Source: Ruditapes philippinarum | Lineage: Eukaryota | Length of the DNA stretch: 64,000 nucleotides | Reading direction: 5' to 3' | Assembly: GCF_026571515.1 (NCBI RefSeq) | Contig: NW_026859253.1 | Location: 124,001-188,000 of the forward strand | In this document: positions 49,601 to 62,558 of the stretch, one piece after another | How the letters are laid out: the number at the start of each line of letters is the position of its first letter | Position numbering within the stretch: the stretch's first letter is position 1 | The notes under the pieces: generated by a model | Database searches by the model: none | The model's input: only the letters and a program-made list of their open reading frames with translations | Told to the model about the DNA's origin: nothing | Position numbers and translations under genes: made by a program

Positions 49601-52482
49601 TCACATTAAGCTGGCCTGACTTTCAAAACATGACTTATATACTCCACATTAATTCTCGTAAACTACACGGACCAAACCGAAGTGGGGTCGAATATTCAAA
49701 TGAGTGCTTTAATGTATTCATAATTGACAGGTCAATAAAATCAGACAATAAACAGGTTTATCGTGAACAAAATACCTCGAAATTGATAAGGATTACAAAC
49801 ACAAAATGGAAATTCTCAATTTAGAATTACAATGTATTTGTTTTTATTCAGGCTTCATATGACGTATTACTTCACCGTGGTGCAGGGGTATCGCGCTCGT
49901 ATCGCGCTCGTTTAGGGTGTGAGAGGCCTAAGATTCAAATCCTAGTCGAGGCAACTTTTTTTTTTGAAGTGTCTTTTTTAAGGAAGTAGCCACGATATGC
50001 AATGATAAAGTGTGGCTGTCATAAAAAAATGATTTTTGATGCAACTCTAGTCATGCAAAATTCGATATGTATCAATCTCAAACTGTTATAGAAAAAAATC
50101 TTAACGCAGTCGCTGCGTAAGATGAATTATACATGTAGTATATAAAAATAAACCTATATAGGAAAATACATACAGATAGTCAGTATGATTTAGATTGCAA
50201 AGATCAGAAAATACCACAGAGCTTGCAGCCCTTTGATTCTACTATGGTGTCGCCTGAAATGCATAACCGATCAAGATTAAAATGTATCCTTTTGTACAAA
50301 AATTTGTAATAGTTTGCGTACAAGGCAAAAAAAGAAAATGAATATCGATCAGAATGCTGTGCTCATGTCGAGCCAGTTTCACATCCCAGCTCGACATTGT
50401 AAAAAAAGACAAAAATGAATGTCGAGCTAAATGTTGTGCTGAATGTCTTGCCTGCTTCACATTCCATCTCAACAATGATAAATCGAATGTCGAACAAAAT
50501 GTTTAATGTCAATCTCTGTGCCAACATCATAGACTTAAAAAAAAGAATTATTTTTAAAGACCCATTAAGCTTTAAAATGCTATCATTTTTATCTTTTAAA
50601 AGCTTTAATTTTTAGTATCCTGCATTTTGTACGTTTCGGCATTTAGTTGAATGATAGTGAATTAGTATACTGTGCTCCTCTTAGTTCACGGTACTTAATG
50701 CTTTGAAACCAGAAAGAAAACAACAAATGAATCTTATGGTACAAAAATTGTCATAAGCTATAACATATAGGTATTTTCTGCTGTATGACACAAGGAAACA
50801 ACAATATATTCAGGCAAAGTCAATTTTAATGGACCAAACGTAGACCATATGTCGGCCATTTTGAAAACAGTATGTCATCATTTAAATTGCGGTAATAGTG
50901 TTATATTTCAGTTTTTTCATGTTTCAGTTAGAATTTCTACATGTTATTTTGCTTGATTTTAAATATTAAAGTTATCCATACTTTGTAACTCAAAATTTAT
51001 TTTTCCAACAAACAAGAACATTTAGAAAATGATGATTGTTTCAGACGTATGCACAAATTTAACGGACTATTTTGCTTTTGGCAGAAATTTGTAATATGTT
51101 GTTTTGTTTTACATAAAAATCTAGAGATTTAATTTTTTTGCAAAAAAGCTTTGTTGTTTAGGTGTATGAATAAAATATGTCAATTCTGACCAAGTTTAAC
51201 ACCGGTCAATTACCGTGCATTAAGTGATGACGCGGAATTAGTGATGTTGAGTATATTTTGTATGGAAGTCAAAATACCACATTGTTTACAATTTGCTATC
51301 TATTATACGGCAGGTGACATTTCATCTTCTTGAATTCTCGGGTTCATCAACACGAATTCACGATTTCAACGTCATGAATTCACGATTTCAACTTCAGGAA
51401 TTCACGATTTCAACTTCAGGAATTCACGATTTCAACTTCACGAATTCACGATTTCAACTTCAGGAATTCAAGATTTCAACTTCACGAATTCAAGATTTCA
51501 ACTTTATGTATTTGAAATCGTGGATAAATGAAGCTGAAATCGTGAATGCGTGAATTCCGTATGTTGAAAACGTGAATTCACGAAGTTAAAATTGTGGATT
51601 CACGACGATAAAATCGGGAATTCATGAAGTTGAAATGTTTCCCGGTCTTACATATACTTTCACGAGCTCTTTCGAATTCATTTCTATTTTTCATCAGGTT
51701 ATAAATATTTCAATTGTTCAAAGTCCATATAACAACAATATAAAACACACGTTTTCCCTTTCTACAGAAGGAAAACAAATATTTATAATCTGTGACATAA
51801 TGTGCCTTTGTAATAACGCAAGTGTCTTATTCGTAAAACAGAATAAAAATATTCCGGAACAAAATGTAATGCTGCACTTTTTAATTGGTGTTTTAACTAT
51901 TTGGCAATGAGTTTGTGCATGCGTCAATGGCTCCTAAGGACATATACCGACATATTTATTTCATTCAAATATTTAAGAATGTTTCTGTCTCAAAATAAGA
52001 TGTCTTAGCTTTATACAGAAAGAATTTCTATAGAAACAAAAATGTTCTCTGATAGATTCCTTCGAAAATCAACCACAAGATCATGGAAACCAAAGAATTT
52101 TACAATGTTAAAGTAAAAAATGTAATTAAATATGATTTTATACCTTAAAATAAAAAAAAACAATTAGCTTTAAATCAAAATACAAGTATTCAAATTTTAG
52201 ACAGAAAAAGTTCAGAAATGGTTCACAGCGCAGCTTAAATGAAAGAGAGTTATGTTGAAAATGAAAATAAAGACTTTCTTCTAAAATATTAAAAAATGTA
52301 TAGGACTTACCTAATAAGAGTATTTTTAACTTTTTCATTTCCTGTCTTTGATAATCTTTAAGTACTTTAGTGATTTGCTTGTTCCTCATCTTCGCAAGCC
52401 TCGCTTCTTCTGGGCAATCATAATAAGGGTAGGCATTACCATAGCAACTGCTACCAAAACAAGCCATTACGTCCTCCTTCAT
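34639..52482 (-). CDS. Heterotrimeric G protein alpha subunit, divergent G-alpha-s/G-alpha-f-like
   Basis: Clean exons: 52482-52311 (…KILLLG), 48389-48317 ([21 protein letters not shown]), 37820-37678 ([15 protein letters not shown]), 36550-36405, 34824-34639 ([32 protein letters not shown]). Indel-damaged exons: ~47291-47240, ~44508-44395 (tentative), ~43844-43738, 43164-43027 ([30 protein letters not shown]), ~42078-41890 (VGGQ, LRED). All G1-G5 motifs are accounted for. Confidence 0.88.
35622..36290 (-). mobile_element. Possible second HINE-like element in the last G-alpha intron
   Basis: Inverted repeat AGCGAGCTCG / CGAGCTCGCT near both ends, plus hairpin ggcccgaagggcc next to a T run. 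Confidence 0.4.
38993..39977. mobile_element. PIF/Harbinger-like non-autonomous DNA transposon
   Basis: TTA direct repeats at 38990-38992 and 39978-39980; TIRs AGCtaCaGTCTCACTTAC / GTAAGTGAGACcGagGCT; GC-rich subterminal CCGGCAGAGCC arrays in opposite orientation at each end. Confidence 0.8.
40560..41012. repeat. 39-bp minisatellite, about 11 copies
   Basis: Unit ATGATTCGTATATCTCGAATATTTCATCTCCTAGAGACA. Confidence 0.9.
48070..48300 (+). mobile_element. Interspersed repeat (MITE-like); second copy at ~24980-25175
   Basis: Shared motif agcctttgccaccaktatagakccagrccagcytgcaca in both places. Confidence 0.5.
51352..51636. repeat. 22-bp tandem repeats followed by degenerate inverted copies (foldback)
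   Basis: GAATTCACGATTTCAACTTCAG about 7 times, then reverse-complement copies such as tgaagttgaaa and cgtgaattc. Confidence 0.8.
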
Positions 52483-52973
52483 TGATGTTTAACTCTGTCA
52501 CAGATCAAGGTTTTAATCCACGCGATATAAAACAAGCACATATACACACCGTGAAACGTTTTGAACAATTTCACCGAAAAGGGATTCGTGGCATTTCTTG
52601 CTTATATTTCTTCCATTGCATCCACCATGACAAAACATACACAATAAATTCCAATTTTCTTATAAAAGTATCAACTTTATCCGCTGTTTCACATTGGTTA
52701 TCCGGGTGAAAGAAAGAAAACAACACTGATAAGGTTCAAACGAAAAAATTCAGTAAATTTTCGTTTATATGTTAAAAGGATATTATCTTGATATGTTCTT
52801 TACTCCAAAAAAAAAACCTTTGTTCATTGAATATGATGTCCTCTCGAATAACTGTTGAAATAGAAACCGTTTGCCATAGAAACACAGGGCACTGTGTGAA
52901 GCAGTTAATATTACATTGTCACTTTCTTTCCCTGAAAATATAGATTCTCATTATTAGAAGAGAAAATGTTTAA

Positions 52974-53390
52974 AGGCCCACCATGCCTCAGAAATCGATA
53001 TATTTTTAATTCTTCGGGAAATGTCAAATATGTGTTTTAAAGATGCACGCCTCCAGATGAGCCAAAATATTTCAAGAAATTTAATCTTAAGAAAAATTTA
53101 TTAAGATCTTAAGAAAAGTAACAATATTCAATATTAAATTTATTATTTACATGTTATGTGGGATAAATGACTGATTTTGCAGTATCAATCACTATAATTA
53201 TACTGCGTTACTAACGCAGTAAGATGTTTTATGTGTATTTTGAACTCTTTTTGGTAATTTACGTGAATTGTAAGTGCTGTTTGCAATTTTTGAATTACTT
53301 TCTTTGTTCACTTCACAATATTTCAACTTTCTAAATACAATGTTTTAAAATTTTCATGAAAATTAGCATGAATCTGGAGGCATGCTGCTT
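52974..53390. mobile_element. Kolobok-like MITE upstream of the G-alpha gene
   Basis: TTAA|aggcccaccatgcctcaga ... tctggaggcatgctgctt|TTAA; ends resemble the 18540 element. Confidence 0.55.
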
Positions 53391-54010
53391 TTAATAATGT
53401 TACAGAGCATATAATATGTTTAACAACTGAAGAAAGAAGCACTCAGTTAGGATCAGTTATGTCTCGCTACGGTACCAGAATGTAAACAAATCAGTATTTA
53501 TAGACTTCAACACAAAAATTCAAGTCAATACGATTATACTACTTGCAAATTGAAAAGGAAGAGCAAAAGATAGTTCATATATATTGTAAATGTGTGTTGT
53601 TTTTTTTTTAATTATTTTTTGTTTATTTATTCCCTTTTTTCTTTTCTTTTATTTTTTGAAACTGTATCGAGAATAAAAAATTTAGGACGTTTTTTTATAC
53701 ATATAAATGGTGGCATTTCGAAGGCATAATGTGACTTTAACTTAAGACGCTGTGTAGCAATGTCATTCGACCCTTTTACAAAGGAAATGAAGAACAAGCC
53801 TCCCTGTTGTTTTTTTTCTCTTTTAAATGAAATATTCAAGACCTAGTCGGGTTTACAACTGTTTAATGGACAAATGTTTGTACTTTTTCCTAAGTATAAG
53901 TTTCAGAATTGTCTTACTTCAAAGATAGCATAATAGATCTTACAAAGAAAATGCAATATGTTTGAACAAAATTATTTCTTTTTGTGTTTGTCTGTGTGTA
54001 TATGATTTGT

Positions 54011-54151
54011 NNNNNNNNNNNNNNNNNNNNNNNNNNNNNNNNNNNNNNNNNNNNNNNNNNNNNNNNNNNNNNNNNNNNNNNNNNNNNNNNNNNNNNNNNN
54101 NNNNNNNNNNNNNNNNNNNNNNNNNNNNNNNNNNNNNNNNNNNNNNNNNNN
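54011..54151. other. Assembly gap
   Basis: Run of N. Confidence 1.
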
Positions 54152-54299
54152 GTTGTTTATGTTTTTTCGAGGTTAAGATAATAAAGATTTTTACATAATT
54201 CTAAAGAAGCAAAATAGCAGATACACGATTATTTGTTACACCCGATCTTTGAAAATATAAAACAGTTTATTGGCATGAAATACTGTTACAACACAACAT

Positions 54300-57200
54300 C
54301 ACAGTATATAAACGATTTGAACCCCAACCGGATCTTGTGAGAAGATTTTAGTGTCAGCCATATTCTGCCACTTTACTTGTTTACGATATTGGTATTATAT
54401 TGATACTGATGGACGTTAGGTTAGTAAATCTATATTTATATTATAAGAGAGAAACTTTATTAAACGTCTTAGTTATGCAAAACATAAACGTTAGCACGAA
54501 GGCTATGAAATAATCGAAACTCACGAACAGCTTTCAGGTGATCAACACTGAACACGAACAAAAATCCGTCTTATTCCAATGTTGATTTAGTTAAATATTG
54601 AATTGTGATATCGAACTACTAAAGTAATCAATAACAAACGATAATTTAGTCATATGCATAACATATTGCTGTATCTTGAACATAAATTTTTAAGAGTTTT
54701 ACCAAGGAGGTCATTTCCGTAAACTGAACGTTACTTGCTGGTGATTGTGAACCCTACTTGTGAGTTTACGAATTTTATCTGTACCCTGACTTGTGAGTAT
54801 TTTTAAAGATTTATTGGAGAAAAAGTTTACGTTCATTGCGATTTTGTATCAATTATTGCCAGAAAATATAAATGATTGTAATAGAATTTTAGTATATAAG
54901 GTGGGATCTAAAGTATTTACCGAGAATTGGTTTAACTGATAATATTGTTAATCATTTGTTTAATAAAATATATAATGCTATGTATATTTTTCTTTCGGAT
55001 CACCATGGAAGAATACAACTGCATATACTGTTCAGTAAAGACTACGAATTTCAATGCCATCATTGACCACATAATTATAATTATTCGCCATCCAGACTGC
55101 AACTTGAAAATAAGAATAAATAATGATAAACTTAAAAATGTCAGCGTCACAGCCAATAACGTAAACGAAAAAAAGAAGTTTATAACACCAATAGCTGAAA
55201 CACTAACAATTAAAATTTCAAAATTTCCCGAATATTCTCCGTTTAAAAAGATGCCAAAAGTGTCGACGCCTATGAAAGATATACAAGAATAAAAGTTGTA
55301 CATGTCAGAATTAAATAGAAAGTCAATGAATTTCTGAGAATATAAAACAGTGTTTAAAAAAGCAGAATGAAATCAACGGTAGGTGTAAAGCTTTCAACAT
55401 GTTGAAATAAGTAATCTGCAAAAAAATCTTGTAATGATATTTCGAGGTTTATTGATACGTGACGTTATGTCAAAACTAACAACAATGCCGTTGAACTAAA
55501 TATAAAAAAATTATAGTACATATGTAATATTTTAGCTTTATATCTTTCCAAAGAAAAATGAATGGTAAGTGAAAATGAGGTTTGTTAGTTAATTATTCCT
55601 ATCAAGAAATAATTGACTTTCTGATTCGTAAAACAGTGAAAACATGACGAAGCTCCTCCATTCATATGCAGTTTTAGTTACTTATAATCCCCGGTCACAT
55701 ATTCACGGATTATGCCACGGAAGAGCTACGGTCTAATTGTTCACGGATTACTACGGAAATGTGAAATTCCGTAGTCCGCTACGGTTCCAGTACGGAAACA
55801 CAACGGTATGAGTACGGAGTTCGACGGATTTACCACCGAAAGCCCCGGGATAGACACGGATTGTTACGGACTGACACGGTTTGATACGGAGCGACACGAA
55901 TCAGGACGGACGCACTACGGATACACTACGGTCTGCTACGGTGTAAGCACGGGTTAGTACGAGTAAGTACGGTCTGATACGGAGAAGAACGAATTGATAC
56001 GGAGAAGAACGAATAGCCACGGATCTATACGGACCTATTATATCCGTCCACAACCTCTTGCATGCTCAATTTTATAAAATGCCTCACAAGAAAAGAACAC
56101 AAAAAAAAAAACGAATTGCAGAGTTCAATGATTTTGGCGGAGAGGATTCGGCCTCATCGCGTCCGATCCCCGAGACATATCAGGTCCGATTAAAGTGAAT
56201 TTCTTGAACGACACCGGATCCTTAACAAGTTAGACCATGATAGCCTCATACTAAACATGAAGGGGTCTTCGTAAAAGCCCATCTCTAGTTCACCTTTTCT
56301 TACCTGATAATATATGGACTAGTAATCATAAATGAAAAATGTTGATCAATATTGCTTCTCTTTTGATTTGAAAATTTGCTGTTCATCTTACAATTACATT
56401 AATTATCGTGGATGTTTATGTTTTAAGAATATGTGAAAAGCTTGTTAATTAATCTTATTATCACTCAAGGGCCAGCGTCCGAGGCTTATGAGACACTTCG
56501 TTTTATGTACATATTTACTCAAATTTCACAATCCAATGTTTTGTAAAATATGTAACATTAAATGTTATTCAATTACTTTTGAATTGTAGTACAATTTTAA
56601 TATATATTTTTTACCTCTATTCATGTCATCAAGCAGCTGGGCCACTGCTTCCGCGTTCTGAGCCATATCAATATACAATTGCAGCCAGTTAATGGCAATT
56701 ATCATTTATTGAATGTTCACGCAAATATGTCTGTTTTTAACAAGAAGGTATAGCATTATTTATATACTTGGAAAATACATGATACTTATAATTTATCCAT
56801 ACTAAACAGTGGTGGACCGTACCATTCCGTACCGTTTCGTGATGCAACGCAATAAACCGTATAAGACCGTGCTTATCCTTGCCTCTCCGTAGTACATCGT
56901 ATTACGATCGTGGCTTTCCGTGACAATGCCGTATTAATCCGTATTAAAACCGTAGCTTATACGTAGGGTTATCGTACAAATACGTAGTTATCCGTACCAA
57001 ACCGTGGAAATCCTTGACAAGTTGGGGCCTACGAATCAGTACGGACTAACTACGGTTTTCTTACGGACCAGTACGTATCAGTACGGTTTAATACGGACTA
57101 GTAGGGATACGCTACGGTTGATTTTTCCGTAGCAAATTTTTGTGCATGTTCAAAAATTGTCAAGGATCGCTACGGATATAGCAGGACTACTACGAATGAT

Positions 57201-57923
57201 TACGGTTACAATACGGAGAGCCACTGACCAGTACGGGTAGCTACGGACGATGCCGGAATTAATCCGTGGCTCTTCCGTGGGCGTTTTCCGTGAATATGTG
57301 ACCGGGGTATTACATAGAACTAAAACATGTACCCTTCTCTTGTGACACAATACTTTCATATTCTGCACAATAAAATTTGGAACATACGACAAAAACACAA
57401 TAAAAATCATCAAAAGAGACTCGCAAGTAATGGTTCAGTGAAAACACAAGTAGGGTACAGATCATTAAAATTGTTTTAGCAAGACGGGTACAGTTATCAG
57501 AAATGTCGCCTCTATTATTTACTATGTTTTATCAATATTTAAAGATATTTTCACAAGTGTCTGTCCGGTAACATGAGGTTTTAAAAGACAATAAATTAAT
57601 TAAAGATTCAGATATGAGTTATAGTGAAGTAAAACAATTTTAGGCATACATTTGGTTGTGTAATCGGCGTGTGTTGACATAAACAAAACATGAGGCGAAG
57701 AGCACAGCGTTTTATGCACAAATATTTTACGAAGAAGGTTATGGATGTATATTTAAGCAAAGATTAATTATTTCTTAATATGATTCAAATGTTAACATAC
57801 CGTAACATATTAAAATCAAGCCGATTTTTATTAGTTTAATGTGTCATTACGCCTGATTGTACGTTTAGATGCTGAGATCTTCTCACAAGATCCGGTTGGG
57901 GTTCAAATCGTTTATATACTGTG
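54300..57923. mobile_element. DNA transposon with perfect 47-bp TIRs starting CACAGTA and a 5-bp TSD (Transib-like termini), non-autonomous
   Basis: 54300-54346 is the exact reverse complement of 57877-57923, and AACAT flanks both ends. Internal relic ORF from ~55005-55292 has a C2H2-like motif YNCIYC-x12-H..H. Confidence 0.85.
55686..57310. mobile_element. Harbinger-like non-autonomous element nested in the CACAGTA element
   Basis: TIRs CCCCGGTCACATATTCACGGA / TCCGTGAATATGTGACCGGGG; dense subterminal TACGG/CCGTA repeats; TAA/TTA flanks (TSD imperfect). Confidence 0.75.
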
Positions 57924-58031
57924 AACATTATAGCAATGTATACAGTGTTACACAAGTTCAACTTTCACATTGTCCATTCTGTTTTACATGAGAAATGTGT
58001 CAATTAATTAACGTACGTTTGCATTTACAAA

Positions 58032-58268
58032 TGACCCGCGTCACGACAAAACCAACATAGTGGGTTTGCGACCAGCATGGATCCAGACCAGCCTGCGCAT
58101 CCGCACAGTCTGATCAGGATCCATGCTGTTCGCTATCAGTTTCACTACTTGTTTTAGGGTTTGTAAGCGAACAGCGTGAATCCTGATTAGACTGCGCGGA
58201 TGCGCAGGCTGGTCTGGATCCATGCTGGTCGCAAACGCATTATGTTGGTTTTGTCGTGACACGGCTCA
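58032..58268. mobile_element. Palindromic MITE (~105-bp arms)
   Basis: gtcacgacaaaaccaacata...gcatggatccagaccagcctgcgcatccgc ... gcggatgcgcaggctggtctggatccatgc...tatgttggttttgtcgtgac. Confidence 0.85.
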
Positions 58269-58639
58269 AATGTACTTGATATACATGTCGTTCCTGTGAA
58301 TATTTCTGTCAAATAAACCAAGTTGATAAAGCAATTCTTAAGCTTTGGTCATAAACAGAACAGGCCGCATATTATTGTATATATAAAGTTAAATTACTAT
58401 TTATTTATTTCTGGGTACTGCCAGAACTCGCAAGTGTTATAGCACGTCGGATTTGTTAGTAAATGGTGTAAGAGAAAGTAAAAACCTGAAGATCAACACT
58501 GACATGAAGAACTGGGAGCCACACAACACTTACTATTTTTTGATATTATGAGTCTAAAAAACTACTATATAAAAATGAGATGCAAAATAGTGTGTGGACT
58601 GATTTACAATGCTCCGTTGAAATGTTATTTAGCAATGAG

Positions 58640-59216
58640 NNNNNNNNNNNNNNNNNNNNNNNNNNNNNNNNNNNNNNNNNNNNNNNNNNNNNNNNNNNNN
58701 NNNNNNNNNNNNNNNNNNNNNNNNNNNNNNNNNNNNNNNNNNNNNNNNNNNNNNNNNNNNNNNNNNNNNNNNNNNNNNNNNNNNNNNNNNNNNNNNNNNN
58801 NNNNNNNNNNNNNNNNNNNNNNNNNNNNNNNNNNNNNNNNNNNNNNNNNNNNNNNNNNNNNNNNNNNNNNNNNNNNNNNNNNNNNNNNNNNNNNNNNNNN
58901 NNNNNNNNNNNNNNNNNNNNNNNNNNNNNNNNNNNNNNNNNNNNNNNNNNNNNNNNNNNNNNNNNAAAAAAAAATAAATATGTCTAAAAAAATACAAATA
59001 NNNNNNNNNNNNNNNNNNNNNNNNNNNNNNNNNNNNNNNNNNNNNNNNNNNNNNNNNNNNNNNNNNNNNNNNNNNNNNNNNNNNNNNNNNNNNNNNNNNN
59101 NNNNNNNNNNNNNNNNNNNNNNNNNNNNNNNNNNNNNNNNNNNNNNNNNNNNNNNNNNNNNNNNNNNNNNNNNNNNNNNNNNNNNNNNNNNNNNNNNNNN
59201 NNNNNNNNNNNNNNNN
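58640..59216. other. Assembly gaps (58640-58965 and 59001-59216)
   Basis: Two runs of N separated by 35 bp. Confidence 1.
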
Positions 59217-59721
59217 GAAGATACTAGCTACCTAATAAAGCGATAAAGCGGTTGTCCCCCTTTAGCCAATAAATATTATCATTAGGAAAACAAGAAAGTT
59301 AATTACACTGTACTTTACAAATATAGCAAATCTTGTGTGGTCGCCGGTGATAAATTCTATTTCTGTTGATGCATATACATATAGTTGGAGACAATAGGGA
59401 GAACAGTGTTAGGGTGGGCGAAAAATATCGTCATTTTAATGACGTGTTTTTATATTTCTTGTTTCATTAATGTCAATATTATCTATTTGTGTATAGTAAG
59501 TTCTGCCTTAATAGACACGTGGTAATGGCTGGCACGTGTTACATCACAACAACAACAAACCACTATTTCAATTATTTTTTTTGGTAATGACGTGATATTT
59601 AAATAAAATGAGTTTCGTTGTAACTTACTAAAGAAGATTGTCCGATATTATTGTATTGTTGTCAAAATTTCGAATGTTTATTCTACATGATCATTACAAT
59701 ATATTTTTGATTGCCTACATA

Positions 59722-60092
59722 CGCCCCGGGGTAATCGTGTTTATGATTAAATAAATTCCATACAGATAGTAAAAATGTCAGTTTGCTATACTCTGTTAAC
59801 AACGACCAAATTCAATAAAAACCTCAAATCTATTTTTTCGGCGACTTTATTTCCTTTTTTTTTCTTTAAATAAAAAAAACGAAACAATTAAATCTAGTAT
59901 TATTTTGTGTATTACAAATATTGTTGATCACGTCTTTAATTATACGTTGGTCAAAACCAACCTGTGGTCTTGCGTAATCTTGCACGGTATGGCTTTATTG
60001 CATAATAGATCGCAAGCTTTGATTGCACATAATAAAGTTAGGTTTGGCGAATCGGATACCTGGTTGAAAATATGTACAATTACCCCTGGGGC
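59722..60092. mobile_element. Possible small TIR element
   Basis: cgccccggggtaatcgt versus acaattacccctggggcg form an imperfect inverted repeat. Confidence 0.35.
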
Positions 60093-61559
60093 GATAAATG
60101 CGCATTTGTGTGAAATATATAACGGTCCAGTAGCCTATACACGAATTGACCTTTACTTACGTAGATATATACATTCAGGACACTGGATATTTTATTTGTT
60201 TACTATATATGTCAGAAGAGTTTTTACAACAACTTGATGTATTTTTGCGATTTTTTTTCTGTTGAACAACTTTTAAATTATCAGTTGGAGCGAAAATATG
60301 TGATTACCCGTGCACGATGAAAGGAAATTACCGCCAAGTAAGTTAGATTTATATTCTTTTACCTGACTAGGTGATTTTTTTCTAGTGTTTTTTATGGCTT
60401 CATTTAAAACGAGCATATATAAATAAAACTGAAAATTTGAATGACGTTCTGAACGTATATTTGCTTCTGAAAATATAAAAATTCGAATTTCTGCATTTAT
60501 TGAATACAGTTTATTGATCTTACTAGACCTACTTCGGATAGGCCGAAATGTATGAATTTCGGACAGTTAGTTAAACGGCTATTTACGAAGAGATATCTGT
60601 ATATTTGTTACTATTCCTAAACCTAACCGCTTTAATGTTATCAGGGTCTTACACATAACAGTATCATTGAAAGGCCTGGTTAAGTACAATAAGACAGCTA
60701 TAATTATATTAATATAAAACTTTAACCCGGAATGTTTTTCGGATTGACATGCACGATTTATGATTATATAACGTGGTGACATACCAAACAAATTCATATA
60801 ACATGATGTACATGTGCTTTTTTATTAAGTTGATATTCAAAAGCCTGCAAAGTGATCCACTGGTAACACTGTCAGTCTGTCTTTCAACAAATTCAGGAGC
60901 CGCGAGTTCGAAACCCAGTTACTCTAACTATAACAACTAATAAATCAGTATTAAAAAATCAGTATTAAAATTTATATTTCAATATTTAGTCTCATATATT
61001 AAACGTTAACTGTAAAATTAAAAGTGTACTTGAAATAGCGTAAGATGTTGAAATTTTAAAACAATGTTACAATTACCTCATAATTACTTCACAAACATAC
61101 GTGCATAAGCCATTTAAAAGATAGTTTAATACTGATCCTGATCCCATATAATTGATCCTTATTATATTTCAATGTAATTTGTATTGTTAATTCTTTACTT
61201 TGTCCCTAAACTTTGCCCCATACACATTATGATATTTGTAATAGTGATAAAAACGTCATGTCAGTGATTGAATAACGCTGATTATAATGTAAACACAAGT
61301 TAATGCATTTGTTAGAAGATTTTCTTGAATTAAGATTTGAAATTATATGACTAAATTTTCCTTTATCTAAAATGCTGTACTATAAAGTTTTATTCTCCTA
61401 TGGATGATATTTATGGTGTAAAATTTCTAACGCACAATATTTTTTTCCAGAAATCTACTGGCGTATGATGCACGCGTACACATGTTGTCTGTGATGGTTC
61501 CTCCATGAAGGTATGTTGAGATATCTCTTTTACAGAGTTGATAATACAACACATATACA

Positions 61560-61985
61560 TTTAAGAGGCTATCTTTTTCCAACACTTATACATATTAGAG
61601 GGTATCTCTTTTCAACACTCACACTTTTTAGAGGGTATCTCTTTTCAACACTCATGCATTTTTAGTAGGTATATCTTTTTTTCAACACTTATACATTTTA
61701 GAGCATATCTCTTTTCAACACTTATACATTTTAGAGGGTAACTTTTTTCAACGCTAATACATTTTAGAGCGTATTTCTTTTCAACACTTATTGCATTTTA
61801 AAGGGTATCTCTTTTTAACACTTGTACTTTTTAGAGGGCATCTCTTTTCAACACTTACGCATTTTAAAGGATATCTCTTAAAAAACCACTTATAATACAT
61901 TTTAGAGGGTATCACTTTTCAACACTTATGCGTTTTAGAGGGTATCTCTATTCAATACTTAAACAATTTAGAGGGTATCTCCCTT
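61560..61985. repeat. 33-bp minisatellite, about 13 copies
   Basis: Unit TTTTAGAGGGTATCTCTTTTCAACACTTATACA. Confidence 0.85.
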
Positions 61986-62387
61986 AAAAAGTTAAACAGT
62001 GGTATTCCTGGGTGCATGTTATTTCTATCATGAACAATTATTCCGAATTCCTATATCTGTAATGGGATTCCGGAGGTTAGATATTTCGAATAGCGATGTG
62101 CAAAGACAATACGCATGTATGTAGTAGCGTAAACATTTTTAAATATACTTAATGCATGTATATAGCTTTTTAAATGTACTTAACATAAAGTTATCAGTTT
62201 TGTCATTGTAGGCACCAGGTATCACCATTTTTAAGTAAACATAACATTCTTTATCTCGATGTTTATCAGTAACATAAAATTATCTTTTCTGACAATGTCA
62301 TTATCGTAATTATCAAGTCATTTTCATGAATATTATCAAAGCAAACAACATCTCATGACTATATTCATCACTATAATCAGTGCAACC

Positions 62388-62465
62388 ATGATCATCATCA
62401 TCACCATCACCATCATCATAAAACAAACTCATAATTGACGTCATCGTCGTCCACAATAGCACCAT

Positions 62466-62502
<37 letters not shown>

Positions 62503-62558
62503 ATTACAAACGCAACTAAAACAACATCAAAAGCAACAAACAACAACAACAACAACAA
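62388..62558. repeat. (CAT)n and (CAA)n microsatellites
   Basis: Visible trinucleotide runs. Confidence 0.9.

Noticed and set aside
53962-59246. Long X-containing ORFs
   Set aside because: They span N gaps.
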